64,000 nt of DNA from an uncultured delta proteobacterium (GCA_963789395.1 CAWBKP010000020.1:32001-96000), one strand, 5' to 3'; counted from the first letter of the stretch, positions 41,295 through 54,350 are shown. The notes: generated by a model not told the origin, from the letters alone. Numbers and translations: made by a program.

Positions 41295-43117
41295 TTATCC
41301 GCTGCCGGACCAAAGTGCTTCTCTAAGTCCGGATTTTCTGTCTATTCTTCGTGAAACAGCACCGACAAATACTTCCTCGTTGCCCCAGATATCAACTTTC
41401 TCCTTCGCCCGGGTGATGCCGGTATAAATCAACTCGCGCGTCAGGACCGGTGAATCATTTTCGGGGAAAAGCAGGTGGACCCGGTTAAATTCGGAGCCCT
41501 GGCTTTTGTGAATCGTCATGGCAAAGACCGTCTCGTGCGCGGGAAGCCGCACCGGAGAAACTTTACGGATACCGCCGTCAGGGGCGGGGAAAAAAACACG
41601 GAGACTGCCGTCTCCTTCCCGGTCAGGGAAGGTGATTCCCACGTCGCCGTTAAACAGTTTCAGATTGTAATCGTTGACCGTGATCAGCACGGGCCTGCCT
41701 TTGTACCAGCGCTGTTGCGGATCGATCAGACCCTTTTTCCGCCAGGATTTCCTCAATCAGGATATTGATGCCGGCTACCCCGTAGGGTCCCTGGCGCAGG
41801 GCGCAGAGAACCCGGAAAGTGTCAAAAAGTCTCAAGAGCTTCCGCAGCCGTCCCTGCTGCGAGATACGTGCCGTACCCTTCAATAACGGCATCCGTCATG
41901 GCCTTTTTGAGGCCATCAGGTTTCGGCACATCGTGCCAGACAATATCGGGGAAGGCATCGCCTTTGAGTATGGCGATGGCATCCTCTCCTTTTCCGGCAT
42001 TGACCGCCCTTCCCGCAGCCCCGATCCCGCTGTCGGCAGGGAAACGGTAATTCTTCTTCAGAATAACCAGAGAATCGGCAAGCGGGGGCAATGGCTCGAC
42101 CCGGCGGTGCGGCCGGAATCCGTGCGCCTGAAGGTTCGCAAAAGAGATCGCCGAATTCAGGTGAAAATATCTCCTGTCGCCCGCCACCGCACATATCGCC
42201 GAGGACCGCCCCTGCTTCGACCGAGGCAAGCTGATCCCTGTCTCCCAGAAGAATAAGCCGGGCATCCGGTTCAAGCGCCGCTGCAAGCTTGGCCATCAGC
42301 GGCAGCGCGACCATGGATGCCTCATCGACGATGACCACATCGTACGGCAGCGGATTCTTCTCCGAATAGCGGAAGCGCACTGAACCCGGCAATTGGACCA
42401 AGAAGCCGATGGATGGTTGAAACCTCATGCAGGGATCATGCTCTTTAATGGAATCGGCACAGTCAAGCGTTTCCTTCATGGAGCTGATAGATTCCTTGAG
42501 CCGTGCCGCCGACTTGCCGGTAGGGGCTGCCAGGGCGATCCGAAGCGGATTCACCTTTGGCCTGCTCCAGAAGCAGCGCAAGGATCTTGACAACGGTTGA
42601 GGTCTTGCCGGTCCCCGGTCCGCCGGAAATGATGCAGAACTTTTTCCGCAATGCGGCTAATGCCGCCACCTTCTGCCAGTCGGCGCCTTTCTCCGCAGCA
42701 CCGGGGAAAAGCCTGTCCAGCCCATCGGCCGAAAAGCGCCTTGTCAATCATGTCACAGGCGATCGCAGCCTTATGCAGGATGACCTGCGCCAGGTCCTGC
42801 TCATACTTCCAGTAGCGGTAGAGGTAGAGTCGCCCGTCCCCGTCGAGGACCAGGGCCGGAATTCCCCGGGGGGCCGACTACCGGCGTCTCCAGCAGAGCA
42901 TGATGCAGTTTCTTGAACTCGGGGACGCTTGATCTCCTCCCCGTCAATCCGGATTTCCCTACCGGCGATATCCGCCAGATTCAGGCAGATGTTGCCATTC
43001 CCAACCGCGTTGCTCAGCAGTGAGACGACAGACTTGAGGATCGCGGATGCTCCTCCCGATTCCTTGCAGGATAAAGTCGGCAAAATGCCGATCGATTGCG
43101 TTCAGTTCGAAAACCAT
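41295..43117 (-). CDS. recD: Exodeoxyribonuclease V alpha subunit RecD (many indels)
   Basis: Fragments DWQKVAA, ISGGPGTGKT, LAAPTGKSAARL, VDEASMV, LLGDRDQLASVEAG, LFNGDVG, FAMTIHKSQGSEF, RELIYTGITRAK. Confidence 0.88.
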
Positions 43118-43127
43118 CGTCACTGCC

Positions 43128-46100
43128 TTATCCTCCGTCCTGAATCAGGTTCTTCGTCAATTCGTCAATCATCTCAACGGGCGGCATGTCCCGGAAATAG
43201 CCGAACTCTTCACCCCGCTCCGGGCTCACTCCCCGAAGGAACACATAGATCACCCCGCCAAAGTGGGTCGCGTAATCATAGCCCCTGACCCGCAGGGACA
43301 GGTACCTGTTGAGCGCCACCGTGTAGAGCAGGTACTGGAGCGGATAGAGATTGTGCTCCATCGCTGTTTTGAGGGATTCCTGCCCATAGTCCTCCACCCG
43401 GTAGCCCAGATGATTCGATTTCCAGTCCACCAGATAGTACTTGCCGCCGTGCTCGAAAACCATGTCCATGAAGCCCCTGACCATTCCCCGTACCGGCTTG
43501 AACTTCAGGGACGCACAGACGGTTTTCATGTCGGCCGCCGCATAACGCGTCCCCCATTTCCGGAGACAGGCACTCATCAGATCAGAGGTGATAAACTGGA
43601 GCGGGAAAAAAAACTCCAGCTCGCAGATCCAGCTCCCCTGCTTGATGCCGGCCAGATTGAAGAACCCTTCCGGCGCTGCCAGCGGGGTGGTGATGACGCC
43701 GTTGATGGCATCGCAGACATGGGGGAGCCATTCCCTGCCGTAGCCAAACTTTTCCAGACTCGCTTCTCCACCAGAGAGCTGACTGCATCGGGAGATGCCG
43801 CGGCAAAATCCAGCTTCTCAAAGATCTCGTGAAAAAAAATACCGGCCTGCGCCCCCCGGGGAAAGGTAAAGATACTTTTCTCCTCCGGCGCGTCCGCATC
43901 CATCGGCTCCCGGCGTATTGCTCCCGGCAGTTATTTCGTCTCTGTCCGGCAGCTCGATGGCGCCTGCCTCGTGGGAGGCAAACGAGGTAAAACTGGCCAC
44001 GCGCCAGTCCCTGCTGATGACTCCGGAAAATTTCTTTTCGGCAAGCGGCATCCCATCATCCCGGAGCGGAGCATACGCTCCGGAGACCGATTCGGGCACG
44101 CTGGGCAACCGAGATGGTTCCGTCTCCTTTTTCCTGAAAGACCCGTAACTGATCCTGCATGGCTTCTGCGGAGAGCGCGCTGATTTCGACCGCCAACGGG
44201 CTGACCGGGTTATCAGATGTCCGGGTTTTTGCAGTGGCGTGAAAGAGATAGGCAAGGGACGAAGTTTCCGGCCTGCTTTTTTTGTTCCTGCTCGTAATTT
44301 TCCCGGCAAACAGGTAACATCGGTATTTTGCCCGGGTAAGGGCCACGTAAAGGAGACGGAGATTTTCGGCAAGCATTTCCTTTTGCGCCAGGATCCGGTT
44401 ATGGTCATACGCGGGGGAGCCGAAGTCCTTAATCAGGGTAGACCCGTCATGGAAAGATGACAACTTCGTCCCTGTCCTTGATGCCGCCCCACAGGAAGGG
44501 GCAAAAAACGATCGGATACTCAAGCCCCTTGCTGACATGGACGGTAACGATCTTGACCGCTTTTTCATCGGTTTCCAGACGAATCTGGTATTCTTCGGAT
44601 GCATCTTCGGCACTGACCCGCTCGCTGAACCAGGTGACGAGCCCCTCGATGCCGAGCCGTTGCTCATGCGCCTTGTGGTGAATGACCTCAAAACAGTGAA
44701 GCAGATTGGTCAGCCGACGCTCCCCGTCGGGATGCCGGAGGAGCCGGCCCCGTATCCCTTCCCTGGCCAGCATGAACTGCGCCATAACCATGAATCCCCG
44801 GTCGAGCCAGGATTGGTGGTACTCACGGAACTTCGAAAAGACAATCCTCCCAGGCAGGCTCATCGTCAAGCAGCCGGGCAATATCATCTCCCGACCTGCC
44901 AAGAATATCGGTTACCAGGGCCGCGCGGACCCTGGGCTCACTCCCGGGGTCGGCAAGAGCGGTAAGCAGCGTGCAGACATCTTTGGCTTCGTCGGTTGCA
45001 AAAATACTCAAATCACTTTGCAGGACGCTCGGAATGCCCCGATGTCTCAGTGCCTCCTGAATATAGCCGGCCTGCCGGTGGCTGCGGACGAGAACGGCAA
45101 TGTCTCCTGGAAAAAGCGGATGGCCATCGATAACAGCCTTGCCCGTCGGCTCCTTCCTGAAGCAGGCGGAGGATTTCTCCGGCCACCGCCGGCGGGATGA
45201 TTCCGTTGGCGTTGCCCACATTCACCGGCCCGCCGTCCTCTCCCGGAGGCATATACCCATATCTGCAGCGGCGCGGCTTCATCAAAAGGGGATGGCGGCA
45301 GGTTTCCACCGGCCTGCCTGCCGGATGTGACCGGGTGATAGGAGATCCAGTCGTACACAAAAGGGTTGGCTGAGTTGTTTTCGTTGGTGAAGATCGTGTT
45401 GAAGGCGGTAAGGAGGCGGGGGGAGGAGCGCCAATTGCCGGTCAGGGTGAAGCGTTTGTCTTCTGCCACATCTTCGCGCTTCCTTATAGGCGAAGATATC
45501 GGCCCCCCGGAAGCTGTAGATCGCCTGCTTCGGATCGCCGATCAGAAAAAGCGGGAGGTCCGTGTCGGCGTAAATCTTTCTGAAGATATCGTACTGGACA
45601 GGGTCGGTATCCTGAAATTCGTCGATGAGGGCTGCCCGGTATTTTTCCCGGAGGTTGGCGGAGAACGCCCTGCCGCTGTTTCCATCCAGCGCCTGATAGA
45701 GATCATTGAGAAGATCGTCGAAAAAGCGGATATTCTTTTCCCGCTTCAGGATCGGGAAGGCGCTCCCTGCAGAACAGAACAAGTTCCCAGTGCAGGGCAA
45801 GAAAGCGCTCTGCGACATTTTTCTGAAGTTCCTCACACGTGTCAAAGAATGGATGAACCGGCGCTGTTCCCGTTGGTTTCTTCCCCGCGGCAATTCCGGA
45901 AGTGCTGAATTTTCTGAAACCCGGAAAAAGATCGAAGGGATTGTCGCCGGCAATATAAGCGTCCATCCCCGAGAACAGTTCGGGCAGCAGATCGGCCTTA
46001 TAATTATCGGCAGCTCTGCTGAGGCCTTTGTCGTTCTGGATGATATCTTCGATCTTCCTCCTTATTCTCCCGCCAGCCTTTCTTTACCATTTCATAGGAA

Positions 46101-46752
46101 GTACGGCACCTTTCTTCGATGGTCGCGATTTCGTCAGCACTGAACCGGGGGATGACTTCCAGTTTAGGGTTGGATAGCATCCCCTTGACGAAACCCATGA
46201 ATGTCTCGGGGGAGTAACCTTTAAGCAGTGTGTACTTAAGCAGGGGCGACGGTTCGGAAAAAAATCGCATCCTCCAGAAATCATCCACGATTTCCTGGAG
46301 CAATGCCTTCTGGTCGGTAACCAGTTCCGTGTCATAAAGCGAACCGCTCTCAAAGGCGTTTTCCTTGAGGGCGCGCAGGCAGAAACCATGGATGGTAAAG
46401 ATCGAGGCAGTATCAAAGGCATTCAGTGCCCGATCAAGCTTTTCCCGGGACTTTATCCGGCCGGGCCCTTTCCCGTTGATGTTATTGGCGAAACCAGCGA
46501 GAAACGGTCTTTGTTTCGAAGCCGTCAATGACCCTAATCGCCTTCCGGATCTGGCTGCGGATTCTGCTGCGCAGTTCTTTTGTTGCCGCCTCAGTGTAAG
46601 GTCACCACGAGGATCTGTTCAGGGGTAAGATCTTTTTCGATGAGAAGTCGCAGGTAGAGGCAGGCAATCGCATAGGTCTTTCCGGTTCCGGCGCTGGCCT
46701 CGATCAGATTCATCCCCGAGAGATCAATATGCAAATGATCCAGTTCAATCAT
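43128..46752 (-). CDS. recB: Exodeoxyribonuclease V beta subunit RecB (many indels)
   Basis: LIEASAGTGKT, IFTIHGFC, LIDEFQDTD, IGDPKQAIYSFRGAD, NWRS, VTVHVSKGLEY, RLLYVALTRA, and nuclease motif GFMDMV...VDWKSN...QYLLY. Confidence 0.88.
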
Positions 46753-46762
46753 GACTTTTTCC

Positions 46763-49700
46763 TCATATACCAGGTGCTGGAGCAGCGGCTCCAGCAATGC
46801 GTGGGCAATACGCTCAAATTCGGCATTAAACGGGTCATCATGGCCAAAACAGAGCCGGAAATAGGGGTCCCTGCCTTCTCCGGGGATGTCGTTGTAACCG
46901 TCTTCCCATTTTTCCCGGGCCCGCTCCAGATCCCATTTCTGTTTATCAGCATACGCCATGGCCGAAGCGGGGAAGAACCGGAGGGGGGCGGTCAATCCCT
47001 GCCAGTACAAGTCCGAGGAGAATCTGCAAGGATAGCGGCGGCATTTTCCACCGGATCGAACGTATTCGAGCGTCGGTCATGATCAACAATGTTTCCCGGG
47101 GGATATTCTCCCTGCCGCACTGCATTGAGGACAAGATGCTCTATCCAGGCGCGCAGCCGGTCTTTTGCCTTCAGTTTTGCACAACGATAGCGAATCATCC
47201 GCTCCGGCCAGATGCCATCCAGCCGACCGGTCAACCTGAAACCTGCTAGGTCGAGGTCAAAATCAAGGGGCGCCAATTGGATTTTACCGCCGAATTTATC
47301 CTGCACGATCCTGGGCGAATGCCTCAGCCTCGCTGGACGCGGTCTCGAAAACCATCTCGCCATGCCGGGCCGGCGGGATGATTCCGCGGCAGCGGGCAAC
47401 GGAGAGAAAGTCACGGGGATTGCCACCCTGGAGCGAAATCTCCAGAAGATCCTTCTTCAGGCTATATGCTTCCAGCCCGTCAACGGAAAAAGGTTCCCGC
47501 TCTTCAAGGGGCGCGGCGCCATCCTCAAGGCGAATCCCCAGCCTGTTTATCCAGGAAGAATTTGGCCGGGTTGTCAAAGAACCGCAGAAGCGTTATCAAA
47601 GGGACATCCTTCCAGTCATCCGTCGGAGCGGCAAGGGGGGTTCGATAGAAACTCGCTAGACTCCACGGGGCCGCTTCGCTTTTCCATGGAGCGCGGCGCA
47701 ATTCTCGGCCGAGTAACTGAATAACGGCGAGCCATCGGTAAAATAGTCCCGGCTGAAGGCTTGGAGGCGGTGCTCGCGTGACGAGACGGTCATCGATTGT
47801 AACTGCTCCTTCCCCGCGGTGAACCCCCGGTCAATGGCATCCAGGAGCTCGCTGACCAGAACCGATGGCGGAATCCGGCTGTTATCCTTGATGCTCTGGC
47901 CGACATAGCTGATGTAAAGGCAGTCACGCGCCGAGAGAATGGACTCAAGAAACAGGTAGCGGTCCTCATCCCGCAGGGAACGGTCGCCCCGCCGGGGGTT
48001 CCGGGCGATCAGGTCAAATCCAGGGGCGGAGTTCTGCCGGGGAAAGGCGCCGTCATTCATGCCGATAAGGGCGACGACCCGGAAAGGAATGCTTCGCATA
48101 GGGAGCATGGCGCAGAAAGTGACGCCGCCGGTCATAAAGCCAAGCCCTTTTTCCGCCTGATCCAGGCGTGCCGTGAGCCACGCGCGAATAACAGTCAAGT
48201 TCCACTTCGTCATGCGAATCCGGACTTCTCCGCCAGTTCGCCGATGCTTGCCACCACCTCGGCGACCGTGGCCAGTTCAGGGGCCATGTCGTCATCCGCG
48301 CTGATAAAGTCCGCCAAAAGGTCGGCGCATTGATCTTTCCACTCGCTGAGGGTCCGGGGCATTGTCAGGGTGTCGGCCATGGCGGCAATACGATTGATGA
48401 ACTCCACAAGCTTGCCAAGGGTCTGGGCAGCTGGAGCCTTCTATCTCATCGTAAGGGAGCTTGCCGTTGAACAGGCGACCTGTCTCATCGGGCATGGCAT
48501 AGCCGAGGAGGAGCCGATCGAGTCCGGCCCGCCAGGAGTTCTCTCGATAGCCGGGGAGCCCCAGCCTGATTCGGCTCTGCTCGTCGATTCCCCACCGTAC
48601 CGCACGTATCCTCGATCCAGCCGCGGATGATTTCAAGCTCTTCGTGTATCCAGGTCGAAACCGTCTTCTGACCGGAGTCGCTTCCAGGATGTCGAACAAC
48701 TGGATGACGGTGAGCCGGCTGCCGGGAAGCGCCAGAAGCTTCAGCACCACAGCCGCGATCTGCCCTTCGCTTTTCAGACGACGATCGGCAATGGAGTACG
48801 GGATTTTCAGGGAGGCATCCTGACATCCGTCAAAGACCGAGGAGATATACGGTGCATAGGTCTCGATATCGGGGGTCATCACGACGATGTCCCGTGGCAA
48901 AAGCCCGTCTCTTTGCTCCAGAAGGGCGAGGATGTTGTCGTAAAGAACCTCTATTTCACGCATCGGGCTGTGGCAGGAATGGATCTGGATAGACCGGTCA
49001 TCCTGATCCAAGGGGTCGTTTTTCCATCCGCTCCGCAGGGTCGGAGAGGTTAAGAATATCGGTTTGGATGTCCTGAAGCAGCGATGCCCTGCCCGGATCT
49101 TCGTAGAGGTCTTCCTGGACGGCAGCCACATCTCCGATCTCGATGACCATGTCGGAAAAGTCACGGCCGAGCTTGCCAAGGGACGCCAGGAGCGGATTTC
49201 CTTCGATCCGCAAGTCACCGTCCCTGGGCTGCAAGCCGCGCTTTTGCCTTGTTCGGAGATGATGTCGGCCCAGTATTCACGGGTGGGGCTCAGCAGGAAC
49301 AGGTTGACATCCGTGATCCTAGCGATTGCCGCCAGGAGCTCCATATGGTATTTGGGCAGATAGGAGATGCCGAACACTGCGATCCTTTCCGGTATTCTGC
49401 TATCGAGCGGTATGCCCGCCATCAACGACGGCAGAACTCGTCCTTGAGGCGTCCCCGGTGGCATCCGTTGCTGGCTGTCACCAGTTCCCGCCAGAGGACG
49501 GCCTGCCACTTCTCGGCTTCACTGTCCGTTTCTTTGCCTGCTTCCCATCCCATCAAGCATATCCGGACGGAACAGGGTGTACTGGTCAAAGGTGTCGGCA
49601 ATCCGTTCCGCAAGCTGAAACCGTTTGAGCCCGTCTCTGTCTCCTGATAAGGTAGTGATGCAGCGGGGTAAATTCCTCCCGGTCCAGAAAGCCCGGCAGC

Positions 49701-49996
49701 ATCCCGAAAATTTTCCACGTAAGCACTTCCGGAGAAAATGAGGATTCATCCTCGGGAATTTCCGGAAGAACAAGGCTGAACAACTGCGATACCATGGAAT
49801 TCGGAAAAGGATACCGGCAGTTTGCCCAGACCCCGAAATACGTTGCAAGCTCCATCGCGACCCAGCGCTGCATTCCCTTGCTCTGTACGACAATCATTTC
49901 AGGCGTCAGGGGAGAGGCAAGCGGTTTAGTGAGCACGCCGGCAAGGGCCTCGGCCAGATTTTCCATTCGGTTGCTGGTGTAGATATTGAGCGGCAT
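46763..49996 (-). CDS. recC: Exodeoxyribonuclease V gamma subunit RecC (many indels)
   Basis: YTSNRMENL, IVVQSKGMQRW, FDQYTLFRPDM, NPLLASLGKLGRDF, IHSCHSPMREIEVL, VMTPDIETYAP, TFCAMLPMRSIPF, DRYLFLE. Confidence 0.88.
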
Positions 49997-50276
49997 GGGG
50001 GTTCACTTCTCCCGGTTTGCGCGGATGGCACCAATTTCTTAGAAATATGAACGCCACTATAAAGGAGCCGGAATGAGAAAACAAGGCGGGAAAATCCGGC
50101 TGTTCCCGGATATCTTCGGTTAAAGTGTGCGAAAGGATTCAGCGAAAAGAGGTTGATGATTTGCTGAAAGGAGAGGTATACTGATCACATCAAAAAAGCA
50201 ATTGATATAAACAGTCTATGCGAGAGGGTATGCACAGATAGAAGCACGCCGTTATGTGGCAGCATAGGAGAGATAT

Positions 50277-51161
50277 TTGAACAAAGGAATATGGCGTGCC
50301 GCAGGCGCTTATGGGATATGGGGGTTGTTTCCGCTGTACTGGAAATGGCTCCAGCATGTCCCTGCGCTGCAATTGATCTGCCACCGCATTTTGTGGTCAT
50401 GCCTCATACTGGCGGTTGTTATTCTGTGCATGCGACGAACAAGAGATTTTCGCATAACCGCTCTGACGCGCTCAGTTGTCTGCATTTACACTGCCGCCGC
50501 ACTGCTGGTCGGCATCAACTGGCTGGTGTATGTCTGGGCGGTCAACGCCGGGTTTATCGTTGAAGCGAGCCTGGGCTATTTCATCAATCCGCTTCTCAGT
50601 ATTTTCCTGGGGGTGATTTTCCTGCGCGAACGCCTGCGTGCCTGGCAGTGGGTTCCCATTGGGCTGACGGCGCTGGGCGTCCTTTATCTCACTTTCACCT
50701 ATGGCAGGCCGCCCTGGATTGCCCTGGTGCTGGCGCTCACTTTCGGCCTCTACGGCCTGGTCAAAAAAACGGCGCCGCTTGGATCGCTCTACGGGTTGAC
50801 CCTGGAGACGGGCCTTTTGTTCCTGCCTGCGCTGCTCTACCTTGTTTATGCCGATATCACCGGCCGGGGCGCATTCCTGCATACCGGCGCAGTGTCTGAT
50901 CTGCTGATGATGGGTGCAGGCGTGATAACGACCGTTCCGCTGCTGATGTTTGCATCCGCCGTACAGCGTATCCCACTCTTTCTGGTGGGAATTCTGCAGT
51001 TTATCACCCCCACCCTGCAATTTCTGATCGGGGTGCTGGTCTATCATGAACCATTCGCCATCAACAAACTCATCGGTTTTGGCTGCGTCTGGGTCGCGCT
51101 GCTTATCTTCGGCGTTGAAGGCTATCTGGCCAATCGCGGGAAAGTTGCCGCGGCCGCCTGA
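50277..51161 (+). CDS. rarD: EamA-family transporter RarD
   Basis: AYGIWGLFPLYWK, HRILWS, EASLGYFINPL, GILQFITPTLQF; about 10 TM helices. Confidence 0.93.
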   Translation: MNKGIWRAAGAYGIWGLFPLYWKWLQHVPALQLICHRILWSCLILAVVILCMRRTRDFRITALTRSVVCIYTAAALLVGINWLVYVWAVNAGFIVEASLGYFINPLLSIFLGVIFLRERLRAWQWVPIGLTALGVLYLTFTYGRPPWIALVLALTFGLYGLVKKTAPLGSLYGLTLETGLLFLPALLYLVYADITGRGAFLHTGAVSDLLMMGAGVITTVPLLMFASAVQRIPLFLVGILQFITPTLQFLIGVLVYHEPFAINKLIGFGCVWVALLIFGVEGYLANRGKVAAAA

Positions 51162-51185
51162 CAAGCCGCGACCGATTTTGAAAAA

Positions 51186-52304
51186 TTAGCACGGGCAGGC
51201 GAAACGGTCCCGAAGCCCTCTTTCCACCGTGACCACAAAGTCCTGGACATTGGTTAAAATGGATCTGGCGGTCAAGGACCCCCTGTCCGCCAGCTTGCTG
51301 GCTGCAAACTCGGACATATCCACCGAATAAAAATAGACGGGCCGGACCTGCTTGTCAGCCATAACCTGGTAGGATGGTGTCATGTTGCCGACGGCAATGG
51401 TGTGAAGCTGTGTGGCCATGGCAATAACCGTTGTGGCTTTCTGGGACAGTGCCCGCATCTGGTTCTGGGCCTCGTAGACGTTTTCGGTAACTTCGGGAAG
51501 GGGCCCGTCGTCCCGGATGGAGCCGGCCAGAACATAGGGGATGCGGCTTAAGGTAACCGCATGCATGATGCCGTTTTGAACCAGGCCCGTTTCAATGGCT
51601 TTTTCAATGGAGCCTGCGGCCCGGATCCGGTTGATGGCATCCAGATGTTTGTAATGGCCCAGAGGAAGGGTTCGCTTGGAGTAAATTTCCTGGCCCAGGG
51701 CGGTTCCGAAGATGGCGCCTTCCACATCATGCGTGGCAAGGGCGTTTCCCGCCAGCAGCGCATGGACGTAGCCGTTTTCGATCAGGGAGACAAAGGCGTT
51801 TCGGGCATCCCGGTCAAAGACGACTGCAGGACCCAGAACCCATACGATGAATCCGTGCTCTTTTTCGTGATGAATCAGATGGTACAACTCGTCATAGTCA
51901 ATGGAAAAAGAGGTTTCACGGGTCAGATGGGACCTGAAAGCAAATTTTTCAGTCATATAATCCGGAAAAACAAAGGCTTTGGTGTGAACCAGAATGCCGT
52001 CCTCCCCGTTTTCGCTTCTGCCGCAGGCGACCAGGTCACCGGCCTTCAGGCGCCGAAGTTCGGTGACCGAAAGTCGGTTGCCGGATTCCCTTACTACCGC
52101 GCAATCCATACGGGAGTTTTCAAGCAGGACCCAGTTGCCTTTTTCCAGTTGCAGATATTCGGGATACACCGATGTGGCGTGATAGGTATCCGGGGCAACC
52201 CCATCGGCCGGCGCCGGGTGAAACTGCACGCAGGGGGCGTTTTGAAGTTCCGGGAGCGTGAAATCCGGAGCATGAAAATCAGGAATTTGAAATGTCATGG
52301 TCAT
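51186..52304 (-). CDS. LOR/SDH-conserved-region protein (TIGR00300-like; putative ornithine cyclodeaminase)
   Basis: DGVAPDTYHATSVYPE, SRMDCAVV, VLGPAVV, LAGNALATHDVE, YVLAGSIRDDGPLP, ATQLHTIAVGNMTP, KLADRGS. Confidence 0.7.
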   Translation of the reverse strand: MTMTFQIPDFHAPDFTLPELQNAPCVQFHPAPADGVAPDTYHATSVYPEYLQLEKGNWVLLENSRMDCAVVRESGNRLSVTELRRLKAGDLVACGRSENGEDGILVHTKAFVFPDYMTEKFAFRSHLTRETSFSIDYDELYHLIHHEKEHGFIVWVLGPAVVFDRDARNAFVSLIENGYVHALLAGNALATHDVEGAIFGTALGQEIYSKRTLPLGHYKHLDAINRIRAAGSIEKAIETGLVQNGIMHAVTLSRIPYVLAGSIRDDGPLPEVTENVYEAQNQMRALSQKATTVIAMATQLHTIAVGNMTPSYQVMADKQVRPVYFYSVDMSEFAASKLADRGSLTARSILTNVQDFVVTVERGLRDRFACPC

Positions 52305-52353
52305 TTCCTTTCAGGCATGTCGGCAACTTATTTTCAGAGATGGGTGTCAGAAA

Positions 52354-54161
52354 TCATGTCCGCTTGAATAGCCGCTCAATTTCCTGTATCGGCCACTGAA
52401 TCCACGTGGGTCGGCCATGGGGGCAGTGAGCAGGGATCCGGCAGGCTTCCAGTTCCTTGATTACGGTTGCCATCTCGGCAAGGGTCAGGGATTGATTGGC
52501 GCGGATGGCGCCGTGGCAGGCCATCAGCTTCAGGCATGCGTCCAGGGATTTTTCCAGGTTGGCCGTCAAACCGGTTTCGATGATGCGATCCACCATTTCG
52601 ATCACCAGGGGTTTGATTTCCCGTCCGGAAAGAATCATGGGCACGGTCTTGATCACAAACGAATTCTTGCCGAAGAGCTCGACCTCAAAGCCGTACCGGC
52701 AAAGGTCCGGAATGAGTTTTTCCAGGATCAGGGCCTGCCGGTAACTCAGGTCCAGGGTTTCCGGAATCAGGAGTCTCTGGACCGGAATCCGGTATTCTGC
52801 GGACTTTTCCGCCAGTTTCTCATATAGAATCCGTTCATGGGCAGCATGTTGATCCAGCAGAATCAGGTTTTCACCGGACTCACAGAGGATATAGGAGTCA
52901 CCAAACTGGCCGATGGGATTCAGGGGGACTGTCTGGGGCGCTTCCCATAACTGGGGCTGATCTGTTGGTCTGGAAGCGCTGAATGGAGCCGGTGAATCAG
53001 CCGGTGTATCAGTAGGAACATATGCAGCAGGGGGGGCTTTCACGTTTTGCTCCCTGCCAGGGTCTTTTCCAGCGGGAAAAGACCTGTAGGGGGCGTTTTT
53101 TTCAGCCAGGGCCGGATTCCCGGGCATGGTTGTCGGGCCGTGGTGTCTGGAAAGGAGCCCAGGACGGCTTTTCTTCATGAACAAGTCCGGCTGAAACCGC
53201 GGCAACAATGGCGTCATAAACTATGCTGCTGACGGGAAAAGCGGATTTCCTGCTTGGATGGGTGCACATTGACATCCACCGTGTCGCAGGGGACCTGAAT
53301 AAACAACACCGCCAGTGGAAACTGTCCCTTCATCAGGCGTCCGCCGTAAGCTTCCATCAGGGCATGCTGAACCATCCGGTTGCGGACCGAGCGGCCATTG
53401 ACAAAAACGAAAATACCCTGGGAAGTGGCTCGCGTGATGCGGGGAAGTGACATCCAGCCGGAAAGTGTAACCCCATCGGTTTCGTTCTGGATGGGAAAAA
53501 GTCCGGAAGCAAAATCCCTGCCGAGAATGTCGAAGATCCGGCCGGCCGGGTCTTCGGCCGCAGACCAGTTCTGAAGGACAGACCCGTTATGGATCAGCTT
53601 GAAATGAATCCCCGGCCATCCCAGGGCCATGTTGGATATTACGGCGGCGATGTGCCCCATTTCAGTTGGGATGGTTTTTAAAAATTTCTGTCTGGCAGGG
53701 GTGTTGAAAAACAACTGCCGGACCGTGACCTGGGTGCCGCGGGGAGCCCCTGTTTCCAGCACTTTCAGCAGTTTCCCGCCTTCCATGACGAGTTCCGTAC
53801 CCGATTCGGCCGTTTCTTCCCGCGTAATCAGCCTCAGTCTCGATACCGATGCAATGCTGGGAAGTGCCTCTCCTCTGAAACCCAGGGTATTGATGGCAAA
53901 CAGGTCACTGTCCGTATAAAGCTTGCTGGTCGCGTACCGTTCAATGGACAGCAGCGCATCGTCCCGGCTCATGCCGCTGCCGTTGTCGCTGACCCGGATC
54001 AGGGATCGGCCGCCTTTTTCAACTTCGACCTCGATCCGTGTGCTTCCGGCATCCAAGGCATTCTCGACCAGCTCCTTGACCACGGAAGCCGGACGTTCAA
54101 CCACTTCGCCGGCAGCGATTTTATTGGAGAGAATCTCGGGAAGGATGCGGATGCGGGTCAT
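52354..54161 (-). CDS. mutL: DNA mismatch repair protein MutL (indel near 53215)
   Basis: NKIAAGEVVERP, KELVENALDAG, GFRGEAL, VDVNVHPSK; C-terminal DQHAAHER, ACHGAI, CPHGRP. Confidence 0.95.
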
Positions 54162-54164
54162 GGA

Positions 54165-54350
54165 TCACGTAAAGAGTTTTTCCCGGACAAACCGCTCGAT
54201 AAATTCGGCATCCAGGGGTGAGAGATCGAATTTCAAACACGCGCCTTCGATCAATTCCTTGACGGTTTTCCCGGGATGGGCCGCGCGTTCTTCGGTGATC
54301 CATCGGGTTGCTTTTCTCAGGTCTTCGCCTTCCGGAAGAATGGTTGTCAT
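54165..54350 (-). CDS. Small hypothetical protein (61 aa)
   Basis: Start overlaps the gatA stop (ATGA) and the stop is 3 bp from mut[14 protein letters not shown]...[15 protein letters not shown]. Confidence 0.75.
   Translation of the reverse strand: MTTILPEGEDLRKATRWITEERAAHPGKTVKELIEGACLKFDLSPLDAEFIERFVREKLFT

Noticed and set aside
46591..47010. Apparent in-frame RecC-RecB fusion
   Set aside because: An out-of-frame TGA and a GAGG SD sit just before the recB ATG (46752). In this indel-rich block a small insertion explains the read-through better than a true fusion.
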